A DNA stretch of 64,000 nucleotides from Azolla caroliniana (GCA_043228905.1 JBHGNT010000018.1:8494001-8558000), one strand, 5' to 3'; shown: positions 25,601 to 39,495, counted from the first letter of the stretch. Notes: a model not told the origin generated them from the letters alone. Program-made: numbers and translations.

Positions 25601-27322
25601 GAATTCATCCATCAACTCTTCTTCACTTGCCGCGATTGTCGTCGTTCCCTTCTGGTCCGGTTCCCTCCGGTCTTTACCGTTCCGGTCTGGTAACCGCTTC
25701 AAATCGGTATTGTCGGTTTCCTTGTCTTTCCAGAAATGCCAACAGTTCTTCTGGAAGTGCCCCGGCTTCCCATAGTAGAAGCAAGTAGGCCTTCCCCTTG
25801 ACTTTGACTGTGTCCCTGACTTTTCCCGGTTCTGGGGACTCCGGTTCCTTTGTCTTCCGCGTTCCGATTAGATAAGGATCACTTTGGAGTCGGAGCTTGT
25901 ATCCTTGTATTTTCGACATGCCTCCTCCTCTAGCAAGTTCGACCTTGACTCTTGCTAGGGATAGTTGTTTTCCTTCCGGCTCGGCATTGCCCAATGTCAC
26001 AACTAACGTCTCCCAACTATCCGGGAGGGAACCGAGCAGGAGCAATGCTAGTACCTCATCGGCGAGAGGTACTTCCAACGATGTTGCCTGGTGAATCAGC
26101 CCTTGGAAGGCATTCATGTGCTCCGCCATGCTGGAGCCATCTTGATACCGGAGCCGCATTAGCTTTCGGAATACCGAAAACCGATTAACAACATTTTTGT
26201 TCTGGAACATAATGTTGATCTTCTCCCAGAGCTCATGAGCCTTACTCTCCTCATTAAAGTTGTTGTACAAGCTCATGTCGATGAAGCAACGTATGTACGC
26301 CGTTGTCTTCATGTGCATCACCTCCCATACTATGGCATTGATCTTGTCTGGTCTCTTGTCCCCGAACTGAACCGACAACCAAAGATCTTTAACCATGAGC
26401 ATGTCCCTTATCTTCGACTTCCACACTGAGTAGTTGGAGCCGGTGAGCTTGAACATGCCTCCCAACCAATCTTCCATTTTTCTGTGTCGTTTCGCTCTGA
26501 TACCAGTTTGACGAGAATATGCGGAATAACGCTCGGCCACAACCGAGTTTTCAATCACTTCGTTTAGAATTACAAACACACAAATGGGAATGTGGAGATA
26601 AGAAATGGAAGTAGGTACACAGACAGAAGAGAATGCACAAGATGTTAACGTGGAAAAACCCCTAAACAGGAAAAACCACGGGAGTCCCCAAACTCCAACT
26701 ATCTCTATGTAGAGAGGAATACAACAGATGAACACAGAGGCCATGACCTGTTGCTCACAATCTTCACCTAGCGGCGGTTACAATAGAGACTCAAACAATC
26801 TCTCTCTCTCTCTCTCTCTTCTTTTGCTACGCTTTGTACAGTAGTTACACACATAACTCTATACAAAATAATGACCACACAATACTACACACACTCTGTT
26901 TGCCCTAGGTCATATCTATACTAATATGACATTAGGACTATTTACAGATATGGCCCCATTGGGCTCTCTCTCTCTCTCTTCTTTTGCTACGCTTTGTACA
27001 GTAGTTACACACATAACTCTATACAAAATAATGACCACACAATACTACACACACTCTGTTTGCCCAAGGTCATATCTATACTAATATGACATTAGGACTA
27101 TTTACAGGTATGGCCCCATTGGGCTCTCAGAAACATATTTCCATATATGTCCTTTCATCCGAGGGCCTGCATCATCTGGTTCTCATCGGGTCTTCCGTTG
27201 CCGGGTACTCATCATCCGGTTCTCACCAGGTCTTCCTCTGTCGGGTACTCATCATCCGGTTCTCACCGGGTCTTTCGTTGCCGAGTACTCATATCCCATC
27301 CGGAGGGACCCAAATCCTAACA
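22664..27322 (-). mobile_element. Tnt1-like copia (5' LTR about 26509-27322, PBS 26494-26505, two gag copies, INT, RT start)
   Basis: Reverse-complement TGGTATCAGAGC; gag MEDWLGGMFKLTGSNY and a second gag MDEFFSGMFKL; ELWHKRLCHMS; DLEVEQLD. Confidence 0.88.
26805..27127. repeat. 160-bp near-perfect tandem duplication inside the LTR
   Basis: CTTTTGCTACGC at 26821 and 26981; two substitutions seen; CTCTC at the junction. Confidence 0.9.
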
Positions 27323-27325
27323 GTT

Positions 27326-27925
27326 TGTTGTAAATGAGGGATCGGCCACAACCGGTTAGCAAGTGAAATGCAAAGAGAAGAAACTAAACAAAAACAAACA
27401 AAAAACTACACAGACAACGAGACAAGATATTAACGTGGAAAACCCTCAATGGGAAAAACCACGGGAGCCCACAGACACCAAACAAAATCACGATATGTGA
27501 AGAGAGTACAAGAAACTCTAAGGCAACGAGCTTGAGCTTAACTTCGTCTTACAAACGGTTGCGACACACACACACACACACACTTAATCAACTCTGTGCA
27601 TACATATGTTTACCCATTGATAATCTCACTTCTATCTATATCTTACTACTTTTGCCCTAGCTATATTTATACGCATATACAAACATATGACTATTTACAA
27701 ATATAATCCAGAATAGGCACATTAAGGCAATTTACAAATATAGCCTCGAGTTGGTTTCGGCCGATTCGGCTATTCGTCAAGTCGGTTATCGGTTGATTCT
27801 CGACCTCGGCTACAACCAAATTGGCATAGCTGAATTGGCCATATGTCACAATCAGGGCTTGAACAACTCTCGTCAATCAGCTACATCTTGAATGTAGAGT
27901 CAAACTTCTATGAGCATTGCCAACA
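27326..27925 (-). mobile_element. Copia-type LTR (isolated)
   Basis: TGTTG..CAACA termini; shares AACGTGGAAAACCC..AAAAACCACGGGAG motif with neighbouring copia LTRs; no matching TSD. Confidence 0.65.
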
Positions 27926-29710
27926 CAGGAAACAAACCCAAAGTCCTAAGTCAGTTCAGTATGAGATGGTACAATAGCCCATGGAGTTGATCAGTTTGGG
28001 TTTATTCAATTAAGTCCAAGGACAAAGCGCTCAAAATTTTCACTCAGTGGTTGACCAAAGTCGAAAACCGATCCGACCACAAGCTGATAAACGCTATTGT
28101 TGGATAATGGAGGAGAATACACCTCCAGAGCCTTCATGAAGTATTGTTTGAAAAAGGGATCAGACATCAATGGATTGTTCCCTACACCACGATGTAGAAT
28201 GGTGTAGCCGAATGTATGAATGAGATGATCCAAGAACGAGTGACGACAATGCTCCAACATGTTGGACAAAGGTTGGAATTTTGGGTGGAAGTTGTATAGA
28301 TGACAGTATATCTTATCAATCTGGCGTCGTCGAAATCAATTAAGCTTCAAGTATGAAGTCGACCTATGATCAACTTCACATATGTAGGTATGAAGCTTAT
28401 GCGTACATACCAAGGGAGTACCAAACGAAGCTTGCTCCCCATTTGAGAAAATGCATCTTTCTCGGTTATGGGATGCATGGGCAATTCAGATTTCGACTAT
28501 GAAACCTTGAGTAGAAAAAAAAAATCAGGAACAGTGATGTAGTCTTCAATGAAGACTTAATCATCTCGAGTCGATCATAGGGTCGAATCAGCAAAAGGGT
28601 GAATTTCAATCTCTCTCAGACTGATTCAAAGACAGAAATGTTGAATGCCAAACCTAATGCAACTAGCAAGTCGATCAACCAATCCAAAAGATTACTCAAA
28701 GAGAAAATTCTGAGTAACTTGCCAACTGAGCAATTCGAACCGGCTAAGACATGAATGAACTGGTCGAAAACTCCCAAGGTAAGGGTCAATCCGACACAGA
28801 GGCAAGAAGATTTCCATAGCGGATATCCATCAAACAAGGGTTGAAATAATGCTAATTGACCACCCACATCGGTTGAAGAATCAGAACCAAATAATTTAGC
28901 ACCAAGGAGATCAAGACGAGTTCGAAAGCCGACAGAGTTTTATCAACCATGCCTGAACGACATCAACTACACAGATGAAGGAGAACCAGGTTATTATGAA
29001 GAAGCAATTACTATGCCGGATGCCAAAACATGGCAAAACGCCATGCTATCCAAAATGGACTCAATCGATTGAACGACACATGGGAGCAAGTTGAATTACC
29101 AACAGGCAGGAAGTCATTGCCTTACAAATGGGTATACAGATACAAATATGTATCTGGTTCAGATGAACCCAAGTATAAAGCTGCACTCATCGCGAAGGGA
29201 TTCAAACAGGAACGCGGCATCAACTATGATGAGATATTCTCTCCCGTAGCCAAGATGATAACCATTTGGCTCCTCTTAGGAGTCGTTGTGATAGTAGATC
29301 TAGAGCTTGAACAAATGGATGTAAAGACATATTTTCTACAGGGAGATCTAGAAGAAGACATTTATATGTCTGAACTAGTAGGCTTCACGATGACGGAGGA
29401 AGAAAGTCACCTCGTATGCCGATTGAAGAAAAGCTTTTATAGCTTAAAGCAAGTGCCCAGGATGTGGTATCACAAGTTTAACTCCCACATTCAGCAGTTT
29501 GGATATTGCCGATACGACTCCAACCCATGCATGTACATACAAGAATTATCCGACGAGTCCATGATATATCTAATCCTATACATAAACGATATGCTCATCA
29601 TAGGAAGCGACAGAGCCAAAATCGAGAAATTGAAGCGGCAATTTCACGCAAAATTCTTGATGACGGAACTCAGAAAACCCCGACATATATTGGGCATGAG
29701 GATAGTGTGA
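27926..29710 (+). mobile_element. Decayed copia INT-RT (continues at 35013-35233 and 39496-40550)
   Basis: DNGGEY, KCIFLGY, KWVY..KGFKQ..YDEIFSPVAK, QMDVKT, YINDML. Confidence 0.85.
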
Positions 29711-30013
29711 CAGGATAAGAACAGAAGAACAGAAGAAGGAAAGAATGGACAGAGGAATGGCTACCTTGCTTCTGAGGGAGAAGCTCGTCAGAAGCAACTA
29801 CGCATCTTGGTCATACAAGATGCACCAGTACCTGCTTAAGCATGCACTAGAGTTATGTCGATGGAGCTAATGACGTTGTCGGGGTAGTTGTGGTTCGTGC
29901 GGCGAAGTTGCGGGGACTAAGGTTAAGGGGAGTTGAAGGAACTTAACTTTTAATAAGGCTTGTATGGTGATAATAGAATGGTTAAGGATAGTAAGAAGAA
30001 GAGTTACGAGTAA

Positions 30014-30074
<61 letters not shown>

Positions 30075-30588
30075 AGCTTAGATAAAAGATAGAGACAATG
30101 TATGATTCAAGAAAGAAGATTGAGACAAAGTATGATTCTAGAAAGAAGATTGAGACAAAGTATGATTCAAGGAACAAGAGTATATGATATAAACATGATG
30201 TATATTAAAAATATAATATTTTACCAACTTTACAATCCCTGATCGTAAGATGAATCTTTTGAATACCGACCCTTGATTTGAACCCACAACCTCAACTTCG
30301 AAACAAAAGGTTCTCCACCCAATGAGCTAGTCTTCTCTACTTGATTGTCTTATTTTCTCACTCTCTCTTGATTGAGCCATTACCCTATTTTCCCTTTCCC
30401 CTCTTTATATAAGTGTTGCCATGCATATGGTAATGTATGGGAGCATGGCATGCATGCAATGCATGAGTTACATGTAATGCATGATGGCCATTTGGCGCAC
30501 ATGCATTGCATGTGATGAATGATGGCTATGTATGAAAATAGATATGGGATAAGTATAATGATGAAAATACATTCTAAAATAACTAACC

Positions 30589-30644
30589 TAGCTTAGTGGT
30601 GTATGCTTGGTGCTTGGTATACAAGGTTCAGGGTTCAAGTCCCT
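30589..30644 (+). promoter_or_regulatory. tRNA-like Pol III module in solo LTR, copy 1
   Basis: A box TAGCTTAGTGG and B box GGTTCAAGTCC match the consensus; T-stem AGGG/CCCT; TTTT at 30648-30651. Confidence 0.75.
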
Positions 30645-30724
30645 CAATTTTACTTAATACAATATATAGCTTCATTCTTATATCATGAAGCACATTTATT
30701 ATACACTTTTACAAATAAATAGCC

Positions 30725-30780
30725 TAGCCTAGTGGTATGTACATTGTACATCGTATATAAGGATGTGGGTTCAAGTCTCT
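30725..30780 (+). promoter_or_regulatory. tRNA-like Pol III module in solo LTR, copy 2 (tandem duplicate)
   Basis: A box TAGCCTAGTGG, stem TTGTA/TATAA with 7-nt loop, B box GGTTCAAGTC. Confidence 0.7.
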
Positions 30781-31126
30781 CAAATATTATTAAATACAAC
30801 ATTTAAGCTCATTTTTATATCGTGAAGCACATTCTTCACGACAACGCAACACCCGAATCGACACACAAAGATTTCACAGCCTGGGAATAAGCGGCAAGCA
30901 GATTTCTCTATTGCTTCGCATCCTGTGTGAGCGATCAGCATCTCAGCTACATTCGGGATGCGAGGACGCCGAACGATGCTTGGGGAAATCTGAAAAACAT
31001 TTTCGCCGCGAGCACAATAGCCAGAAATCTCCAACTCAGGCAAGAGTTGAGCAATGTTTGACAACGAGATCTGTTAGTGGCTGATTACACCTCCAAGAGC
31101 AAGGACATTTGCGACTCTCTCACCTC

Positions 31127-31965
31127 TGTCGATGTAAACATCGAGGAGGACGAAATGGTCCAGGTCTTCCTCAGAGGGTTAGTGTCAAAGTTTGGAGCTT
31201 TCGGAACTATGGTCTGTAAAAGGAGAATATGTTGTCGTTTTTCCACTTACAGTCGATGCTACTACTAGAAGAGAACCATGCGGGTGCGTCAACAAGTATG
31301 CACGCCGACAGCAAGATGTTGTACACTAAGACGATACGCCCCGTGGTCGTGGTAGAGGAGGCGAGTCGGCACACAATGGAGCCGACCGACAGGAGCAAGA
31401 TGGACCCTTCGGAAGCAGGGGGATTTGAGGCGGCGCCGCAAAACTGACAAGGAAAGCCTTCCGCGGAATGCTAGTATTATGGCAAGAAGGGCCACAGGGA
31501 GAGCGAATGCTGGAAGAAATGTGTCGATTTAGAGAAAACCGCATCTTGTTGATGTAAACGTCGAGGAGGACGAAATGTTCTAGGTCTTCTTCGGTTAGCG
31601 TCGAAGTTCGGAGCTTTCCGAATTACGGTCTGTATGAAGGAGAATACATCGTCATTTTTCGACTTACAGTCGATGCTCCTAGTAGAGCAGAACCACGCGG
31701 TGTGTCAACGAGTACACACGCCGATAGCAAGATGTTGTACATAGAGGAAGATAGCCCCCATCGTCGTGGCATACAAGGTGAGTCGGCGTGCAATGGAGGC
31801 GGTCGACAAGAGCAAGATGGACCCTTCGGAAGTAGGGGGAGTTGAGGCGGCGCCACAAAACCGGCAAGGAAATCCTGTCTCGGAATGCTGGTATTGTGGC
31901 GAGAAGGGCCACAGGGAGAGCGAGTGTTGGAAGAAATGCATCGATTCAGAGAAAACCGCATCCGG
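31127..31965 (+). repeat. ~420-bp diverged tandem duplication of gag including the zinc knuckle
   Basis: TGTYGATGTAAACRTCGAGGAGGACGAAATG at 31127 and 31547. Confidence 0.85.
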
Positions 31966-34900
31966 CTCTGGGCGGACCAAACAAGGAAATCGGCAGTGAT
32001 CGCACTACGCCGAAGGCTCCAAACAAGCCAAAAATGAATAAGGCCCAACCTTCGTAATGAGGCACAAAGCCAATTTGATGGCGGTGAACACCTCGAAACC
32101 AAACGAGGTGTGGTATGTTGACTCCGGCGCATCAAATCATATGATAAGTCATGAACATGTCGGTGAAGTTCCCCTTAGCCACGTTAGGCAGAAAGGGAAA
32201 CTCATGAACATGCTACACGTCCCGACAACAACGAAGAACCTGGTGTCGATCAGACAACTTGTCGACTAGGGGATGCAAGTTCGGTTCACGCATCTCAGTT
32301 GCTACACTTCACTCGGCACACTTCAGCATGCTTGATTGCGAAAAAGAGGGAAGTCCTCGCATGTTTCTTGAAGGTGAAGAGCCTTGCGGAAAGGGAAACC
32401 GGGTGAAAGATCAAGTGCCTAAGGTCTAATGGTGGGAAGGAGTACTTCTCCAACCAGTTCTTGAGTTCTCGTCTGGATACACGCTGCAGCAGAAAAGCGT
32501 GGCCAAGAGGAAGAATCGGACGATAGAAGAGGTGGCAAGGGCGATGCTAGAAGAGAAGCATGTCTCGAAGTTCTATTGGGCCAAAGCAATCAGAACAACT
32601 GTCTACCTCCAAAATCGGGCATCTGCCAATGGAGGAGTGTCGCCACGTGAGTTGTACTTCAAGAAGAAGCCGAACTTGTGCATGTGCCGAAGGAGAAACG
32701 GAGGAACTTAGATTCCAAAGACGATAAGTGTATCTTGGTTGGCTACTCGGACAAACAGAAGGGTTATAAGTGTTATATCCCTCGAACCAAACAATCTCGC
32801 GTAAGTCATGATGTTGTGTTCGACGAGTCCGCGTCGTGGTACTTTCCTTCGCCTCCAACCCCTGATGACTCCATCCTGATCTCTAACGAAGAGGTCAGTG
32901 AGGCTGAAATGCATCGAGATGAACGAGAGTCCGATCTCATTCAGGCTAAGTGGGCCGAATGAGTGACTAAGTCGGCATGACCAGTCAGACATAGAGTCGG
33001 CGAGTAGTGGAGACTCGGCCCTGCATTCCCTACGCAAGAAGCCGAGGAGACGGTTTACCCGCAAAGAGAAGGGAAAGAAGAAGATGCCAAAGTATGACAC
33101 TAATAAAGACGAGTTGGATCGAAGTGAATCCGACTCCGAGAATAACGAAGACAGACCTTCGGAAACAAAGTCCATGTTGGCCAAGAGGGCCTCAAAATCA
33201 GCTAATAAGCAATTAGGCTGATCTACCCACCAGAAGAACCCCGTGGTGCAGTTCGGATACAACGAGTACATTGCGCATCATTATGCGTACATGACGCGAG
33301 TGGCGGAAGTGTGTGAGCCAGGGAGCTACACAGAAGCGGTGAAGGACGCAAATTGGCATGCCGCAATGGAGGAAGAGATGCATGCGTTAGCGGAAAATGA
33401 AACCTGCGACCTTGTTGGCGCCCCGAAGGGTGTAAAGTCGATTAGATGTAGGTGGGTGTACAAGGTCAAGTACAACACCGATGACTCTGTCAACCGCTAC
33501 AAGGCCCAGCTAGTGGTGAAGGGATACACACAACAACACAACATCGACTACGACGAGACCCTTGCCCCTATCGCGAAGATGACAACCGTCCTTGTCCGGC
33601 TTGCGGTAGCCGCGGTAAAGGGGTGGCATTCACATCAGATGGATGTAAAGAATGTGTTCCTACAAGGGGAACTTGAGGAACAGGTGTACATGGTACAACC
33701 CCTGGATTTCAATCCGGAGAGAACACCCCGGCGGTATGCTGACTGAAGAAGTTCCTCTACGGACTAAAGCAAGCCATGCGTGCATGGGATGCGAAGATCA
33801 CGCAGCGCTTGCATCAGATGGGGTTTGCGACGTCCAAATCGGACTCTTCATTGTTTGTCTGGCAAGGTCGACATGGACCAGTTAATATTTTACTTTATGT
33901 TGATAATTTATGTCACAACCCACGGACGAACACCTTCAGTGTGCGCAAAGGATATTGCTCTACGTCTGTGGCACTAAGGATAGGGTGTTGCTATATCGAG
34001 TAGGAGTAGCCGAGTAGTTAGTCTATTACACGGATGCCGATTGGGCCGGAAATGTGGACGATCGTAGATCGATATCTAGATATGCATTTTCATTGGCAAG
34101 TGCGGCGATCGCATGGAGCAGTAAAAAGCATCTGGCAGTGGCACTTTCAAGCACAGAGGCCGAGTATCAAGGAGCGGCTATCGCTACGTGCGAAGTCATC
34201 TCGCTCAAGAAGCTACTCAAGGATCTGATCTGTAGGTGGAGGTGTCTTATCCGATTATGATCTACCACAACAACCTTAGCAGCATCCAACTTGCGAAGAA
34301 CCCCGTCTTCCACGCCCGCCCCGTCTTCCACGCCCGGACAGCCGATTCTGTTCGAATGTTCGATTCGGAAACACCAAATCAACTAAAGGCCAAGTGGAGG
34401 AAAGGGCAGTGGAAGAGGCGCCAACACCGTGCCAACAAGGGAGCTGAGAAAGACCGCATGAGCAAACAAGCTGACCGAAAGGGTTGAGGCGCGTGAAATC
34501 AAACAGGTCGAGGAGCGTGATCGAGGCGTGAAGCCAAGAGAAGCCGGAACGAAGATCCGGAAGAGCAGGCGGAACCTCAAGTTCAGCTTGAGGGGGTGTG
34601 TTGAGATACAAGCTCAACATTGGGTGCGTAAACCAGTGCGTAGACTGGCTGCGTAAATCGGGTGCGCAACGAGAGGCCGTAGCAGGGCGTAAACCGAGAG
34701 GCTGTTGGATAGATATTCCGTAGAGGAATATATTTTGGGAGTAAGTGTAGGGGCTCATTGAAGAGCATTGAAGTATGAGTCAGTACTTCTGTCAGTCCGT
34801 ATGGACTTTGTATAAAAGTGCTCTATGAGCACATGCTATGTACAGAGTTTTGGAGTATTGTTTTGAAATAGAGTTTTCTGTGTTCTACTCTCTTTGTCTC

Positions 34901-35399
34901 TCCCGCATACGTTGTGTTGATTAAGCTTTCCATTAAACCTTCCTTGTCTCTTTGTCTTTTGTTTGTTGTTACTTGGTTGTGTCTGTTAAGCTTCCGCACG
35001 TATTCTTTTACAAATACCTTCAGGGAAACAAGAATATGAAATTGACATTTGCCTTGAATCATCCAACTGAAGTTGAAGGCTTCACCGACTCCAATTATGC
35101 CAGTAATCTCGATAATCTAAAGTTGAGTTCAGGAAACGTCTTCACCTATGCAAGCAGAGCAATTTCATCAAGATCCAAACTCCAAGAATGTACATCACTT
35201 TCCATAACAGAGGTTGAATACATTGTCGCATCCCCGGGGGCTTCACTGTGAAAACTTGTATGATAGCACATGAGTTCATCAAAAGGGGTTTAAATTCACC
35301 ATTGAGATACAGAATGTATATATATAAGGGTATTAACAAATGCATAAAAAACATATTTACATAAGGGTATTATCAATTATGCTATAGAAAAAAATTACA

Positions 35400-37126
35400 T
35401 AACCCCATGAAATATTAGATATTTTAATGAGATAATAAGAATATATTGTGCAAACAATAGTCAAATTTGGAGTGGTATACATACATACATACATATACAT
35501 GCATACATGCATATATGTACCTACATTTAAACATTACATCCATAAATATGTATATACATACATTACACCCATTTATACATGCATATTGACTAAACATGAG
35601 TATATATACAAATATATATTATCATATGCAAATATGTACATACACATACATAAATACAAATATGTAAATGCATACATGCTACATACATATTATAATAAGC
35701 CCCTGAAATATTAGATATTTCAATGAGATAATAAAGAATATATTGTGCAAACAATAGTCAAATTTGGAGTGGCATACATACATATACATGCATACATGCA
35801 TATAAGTACCTACATTTAAACATTACATCCATAAATATGTATATACATACATTACACCCATTTATACATGCATAGTGACTAAACATGAATATGTATGCAA
35901 ATATATATTACCATATGTATTGATAGATATTAATACATGCATAAAAATTACATATTACATATCATATGATCCATTCATATTACACAATATACAAATTTAC
36001 ATACACTGCATTACATATATACATATATACATACATACACACACATCGGATATATGAATGCATATTACGTACATATTGAAAACACAATATCATATATGAT
36101 CCATACACGTACTAGACATGAAAATCCCAAAAATAATACATTACATATATACACATACGTACATTCATACATGTACATACATATATTCATTCATAGATTG
36201 CTACACATATATACGTACATATGCCTACAATGTTACATATACAAATTTTACAAACATACATACATACATATCACCCCATACACGAACATAGACACACACA
36301 TAGTCATACACACTATAATAGTACATATATGCATACACATACATACATTAGATATATACATACATATTATGCACATATTATAAACACACATCCAGACACA
36401 TTAAATCGTGTGCATTGACACATGCATATATGGATACATGTACATACATACATATTCCACATATCAGTATATATATAGGTCATATAGGGTCATACAAGTT
36501 ACAATACTTTCATACACACACACACACATTAGATATATGTATGCTTACACATACATTGGATAATATATGCATGCATATTATGTGATATGGCAAACTTACA
36601 TCCATATATGAGCCATACACATACTAAACACAATAAATACACCGAAAATATACATACATGAATACATTACATATTACATGTATACACATATATGCATTCG
36701 TACATGGACATACATATATTCATTCATACACTGTTACACATATATAGGTACACATGCCTACAATGATACTTGTATAAATGTTACCAACTTATGTCCATAC
36801 ATGTACATACATACATGCATGCATACATACAATACAATATGTACATACATACACACATACATGCGTGCATATGTGTATATATGTTTGTGGTGTGTTGTAT
36901 GTGTGTATGTATATATTGTATTGTATGCATGAATAGACACACACTACACATATACACATACACACGTGATATACATACAATACATACATATGGACATGTA
37001 AAGAATATATATACACACACATGCCATACATACTATACATTCAACACATGCAATACAATACAATATGTACATACACACACATACATATATACACATGCAA
37101 TACAATACATACATATGTACATGAAT

Positions 37127-37163
<37 letters not shown>

Positions 37164-37450
37164 CACATACATATATACACATGATATACAATACATACAT
37201 ATGTACATCAATAGAAGATACACACACACACACACATATAACACATATGTGCATGGACAAATGCCATACATACAATACATACATATGCACCTATATAGAA
37301 CATACACACACATAACACATACATACATTATACATAGTCACATGCCATACATACAACACATTCAACACAATACAATATGTACATACATACACATGCACAC
37401 ATGTCATACATACAATGCACATATACAATAATGCAATTCATACAAGTTTG
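35400..37450. repeat. TACA/CA/TA-rich low-complexity tract including a ~298-bp tandem duplication (35401 and about 35699)
   Basis: Composition; repeated GAAATATTAGATATTT..CAAATTTGGAGTGG block. Confidence 0.9.
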
Positions 37451-37507
37451 TCTCTCTCTATCTCGTTCCTCTGTGAGAAAAAGGAAGAGAAGAAGTTAAC
37501 AAAGATG

Positions 37508-37563
<56 letters not shown>

Positions 37564-37892
37564 AGCGCTTTTGGATTGGTCTTCCAGGTAATCATTGGCG
37601 GTGGAGGAGGGGCGACTTTGTGTCTAGTGGAGCAATAATATCGGTTGGGGGTGGGGGAGGGGGTAGTGGTGGTGCTCCTATTGTAGAAGAGAAGGAAGAA
37701 GTAAAAGAGAAACAAGAAGAAAGCGATGATGATATGGGATTCTCATTGTTTGATTATAATTAATTAATTCAACTATTAGAGTAGAAATAGTGTCTTTTTG
37801 TTTGCATTTTGTATTCAGCCTTTTTCCACTTTATTGAGTCTAGTTGCTTTGAAAAAGTGGCTATTGGGAATTTATTTATAAGGGTTTTTTGG

Positions 37893-37941
<49 letters not shown>

Positions 37942-38742
37942 GAGAGGAAAAGAAAGCAAAGAGAGCAAGAGAGAAGGAGCCATGAGCGTGATCGACCTCT
38001 TCGAAGTGGCCCTCCTTTGGCAAGCAAGGATGTGTAGGATGAGCTACAAGAAGGCGACAATTTGTGGCCATTAGGATCCAAACCACTTTTCAAGGGTTAT
38101 TGGTTTAGTACCATATCAATTTTTTACCATATTCATATGTGTGCATGTGTATTTGCATATGCATGGTTGTGTTTGTATGTGTCTATTTGTATGCATGTAT
38201 GAATGCATGCACACATGCATTGGTAGCATTCAATCTCATGTTCATTTTTTCCATGTTAATTTGTTTATTTGCTATTGTCATTTCATAGGCAAGAAGAGTT
38301 CTTTTGGTCTCGAGAAGCCTCATGAGGAGCTCATGATGGCGGTGTTTTCTCTATAAGTATGGATGGTCTTCATTCCTTTCATGACCTTTTGGATTTGGAG
38401 GTTGACATTTATTAGGAACATTTCTGAAGCCAAGTGGGTGTTTATTCATCGAATCCCACCCACTTTAATCTTCACTAACCGTGTCTGTGGATTTTTATTA
38501 TCACCTAACATTGTATTCATCTTTCTTGGTGCTACATCATTAGGAGAATGCAAGGTCCTCATTTCTACTTGTTGTAAAGGAAGGAGATTGATAAATAAAT
38601 CATTGCATGTGTTGTAATATATTACTTTCCTCTCATCTAATGAATTATTGTTTGTTTGAAACATTATTTGAACCGTAGAAATGTCATTATTATAGCAAGT
38701 TGGTTTTGCATGTGTTTGTTTGTTGCAAACTATATAATCTAA

Positions 38743-38845
38743 GGAAAAGGTGTATTAGAAAGAGATATTGTATTGCCAATAGTGTGATTGATATGTATGG
38801 TAAATGTGGCTTGGCCCATGTAGCACATATATGCTTGATAAGCTT
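38743..38845 (+). pseudogene. PLS-class pentatricopeptide repeat (PPR) gene fragment
   Basis: Manual translation across one frameshift: KGVLERDIV / IANSVIDMYGKCGLAHVA, then LDKL; typical L..D.V..N..IDMY.KCG motif. Confidence 0.7.
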
Positions 38846-39495
38846 CACATATTAAATCAGTCATATATTAATCTCTTTCTCGTTAAATTATGTTGTGATG
38901 TGAGAAGTTATTGAGCATTTGAAGGAACTTCTTGTAGTGATGGGGTATTCATGATGATTGTTGATGAATTTCATAAAGTTTAAATATAGAATAACTATCA
39001 AACCAAATAATGAACTCTTGAGTCTTTATTAGTAAAAGAATATCTATGATTTAGATGCAAATAGACACGAGCCCCGACACACATACACACATAACACATA
39101 GATACATACGTGATACACACATGTTATACAACTAAGATATACCACACATACAATATAATACATACATAAATAAACATAGAATACAATACATACATGCAAT
39201 GCAATACATACATATGAACACACACATAACGCATACATACATCAAATATATATAACATATGCAATACAATACAATACATACATACACACATGTATAAAAC
39301 ATACATGTGTCTTCTATGTAAGGGCATTTAAAATGAGTTGTTGTCAAAATATATATTGGCACTAAGGGGTATTTTTATTAACCGTATTTTTATAGAAGGG
39401 TATCTAAAATAGTAAAAAACATACGTATAAGGGGTTTATAAAAGGTGTTGCGAACGCACGTGATATAACCTCTTTATATATAGTGGAGCCCTCGA

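Larger units (their letters stand above)
29877..30843 (-). mobile_element. Solo LTR of tRNA-Trp-lineage gypsy with 4-bp TSD (ACGT/ACGC)
   Basis: TGTCG..CACGACA termini; homologous to 8281-9008; removal restores host gag frame GANDATPESTHKDFTAW. Confidence 0.88.
29744..35012 (+). mobile_element. Decayed copia element lacking its 5' LTR; 3' LTR about 34599-35012
   Basis: gag start, CWYCGEKGHRESEC, WYVDSGASNHM, KCILVGY, RWVYKVK, HQMDVKN, STEAEY; PPT GAGGGGG before TGTTG at 34599. Confidence 0.85.
35234..39495. mobile_element. Probable non-autonomous Mutator-like DNA element (Pack-MULE-like), mostly TA/CA low-complexity
   Basis: 16-bp TIRs CCGGGGGCTTCACTGT vs reverse-complement TCGAGGGCTCCACTAT (4 transitions); diverged 9-bp flanks GTCGCATCC/GCCGCGTCA; interrupts copia RNase H EYIVAS|EVAKEAIWL. 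Confidence 0.6.

Noticed and set aside
35448-37431. His/Tyr/Ile/Thr- and Cys/Val/Met-rich ORFs
   Set aside because: Translation artefacts of TA/CA low-complexity DNA
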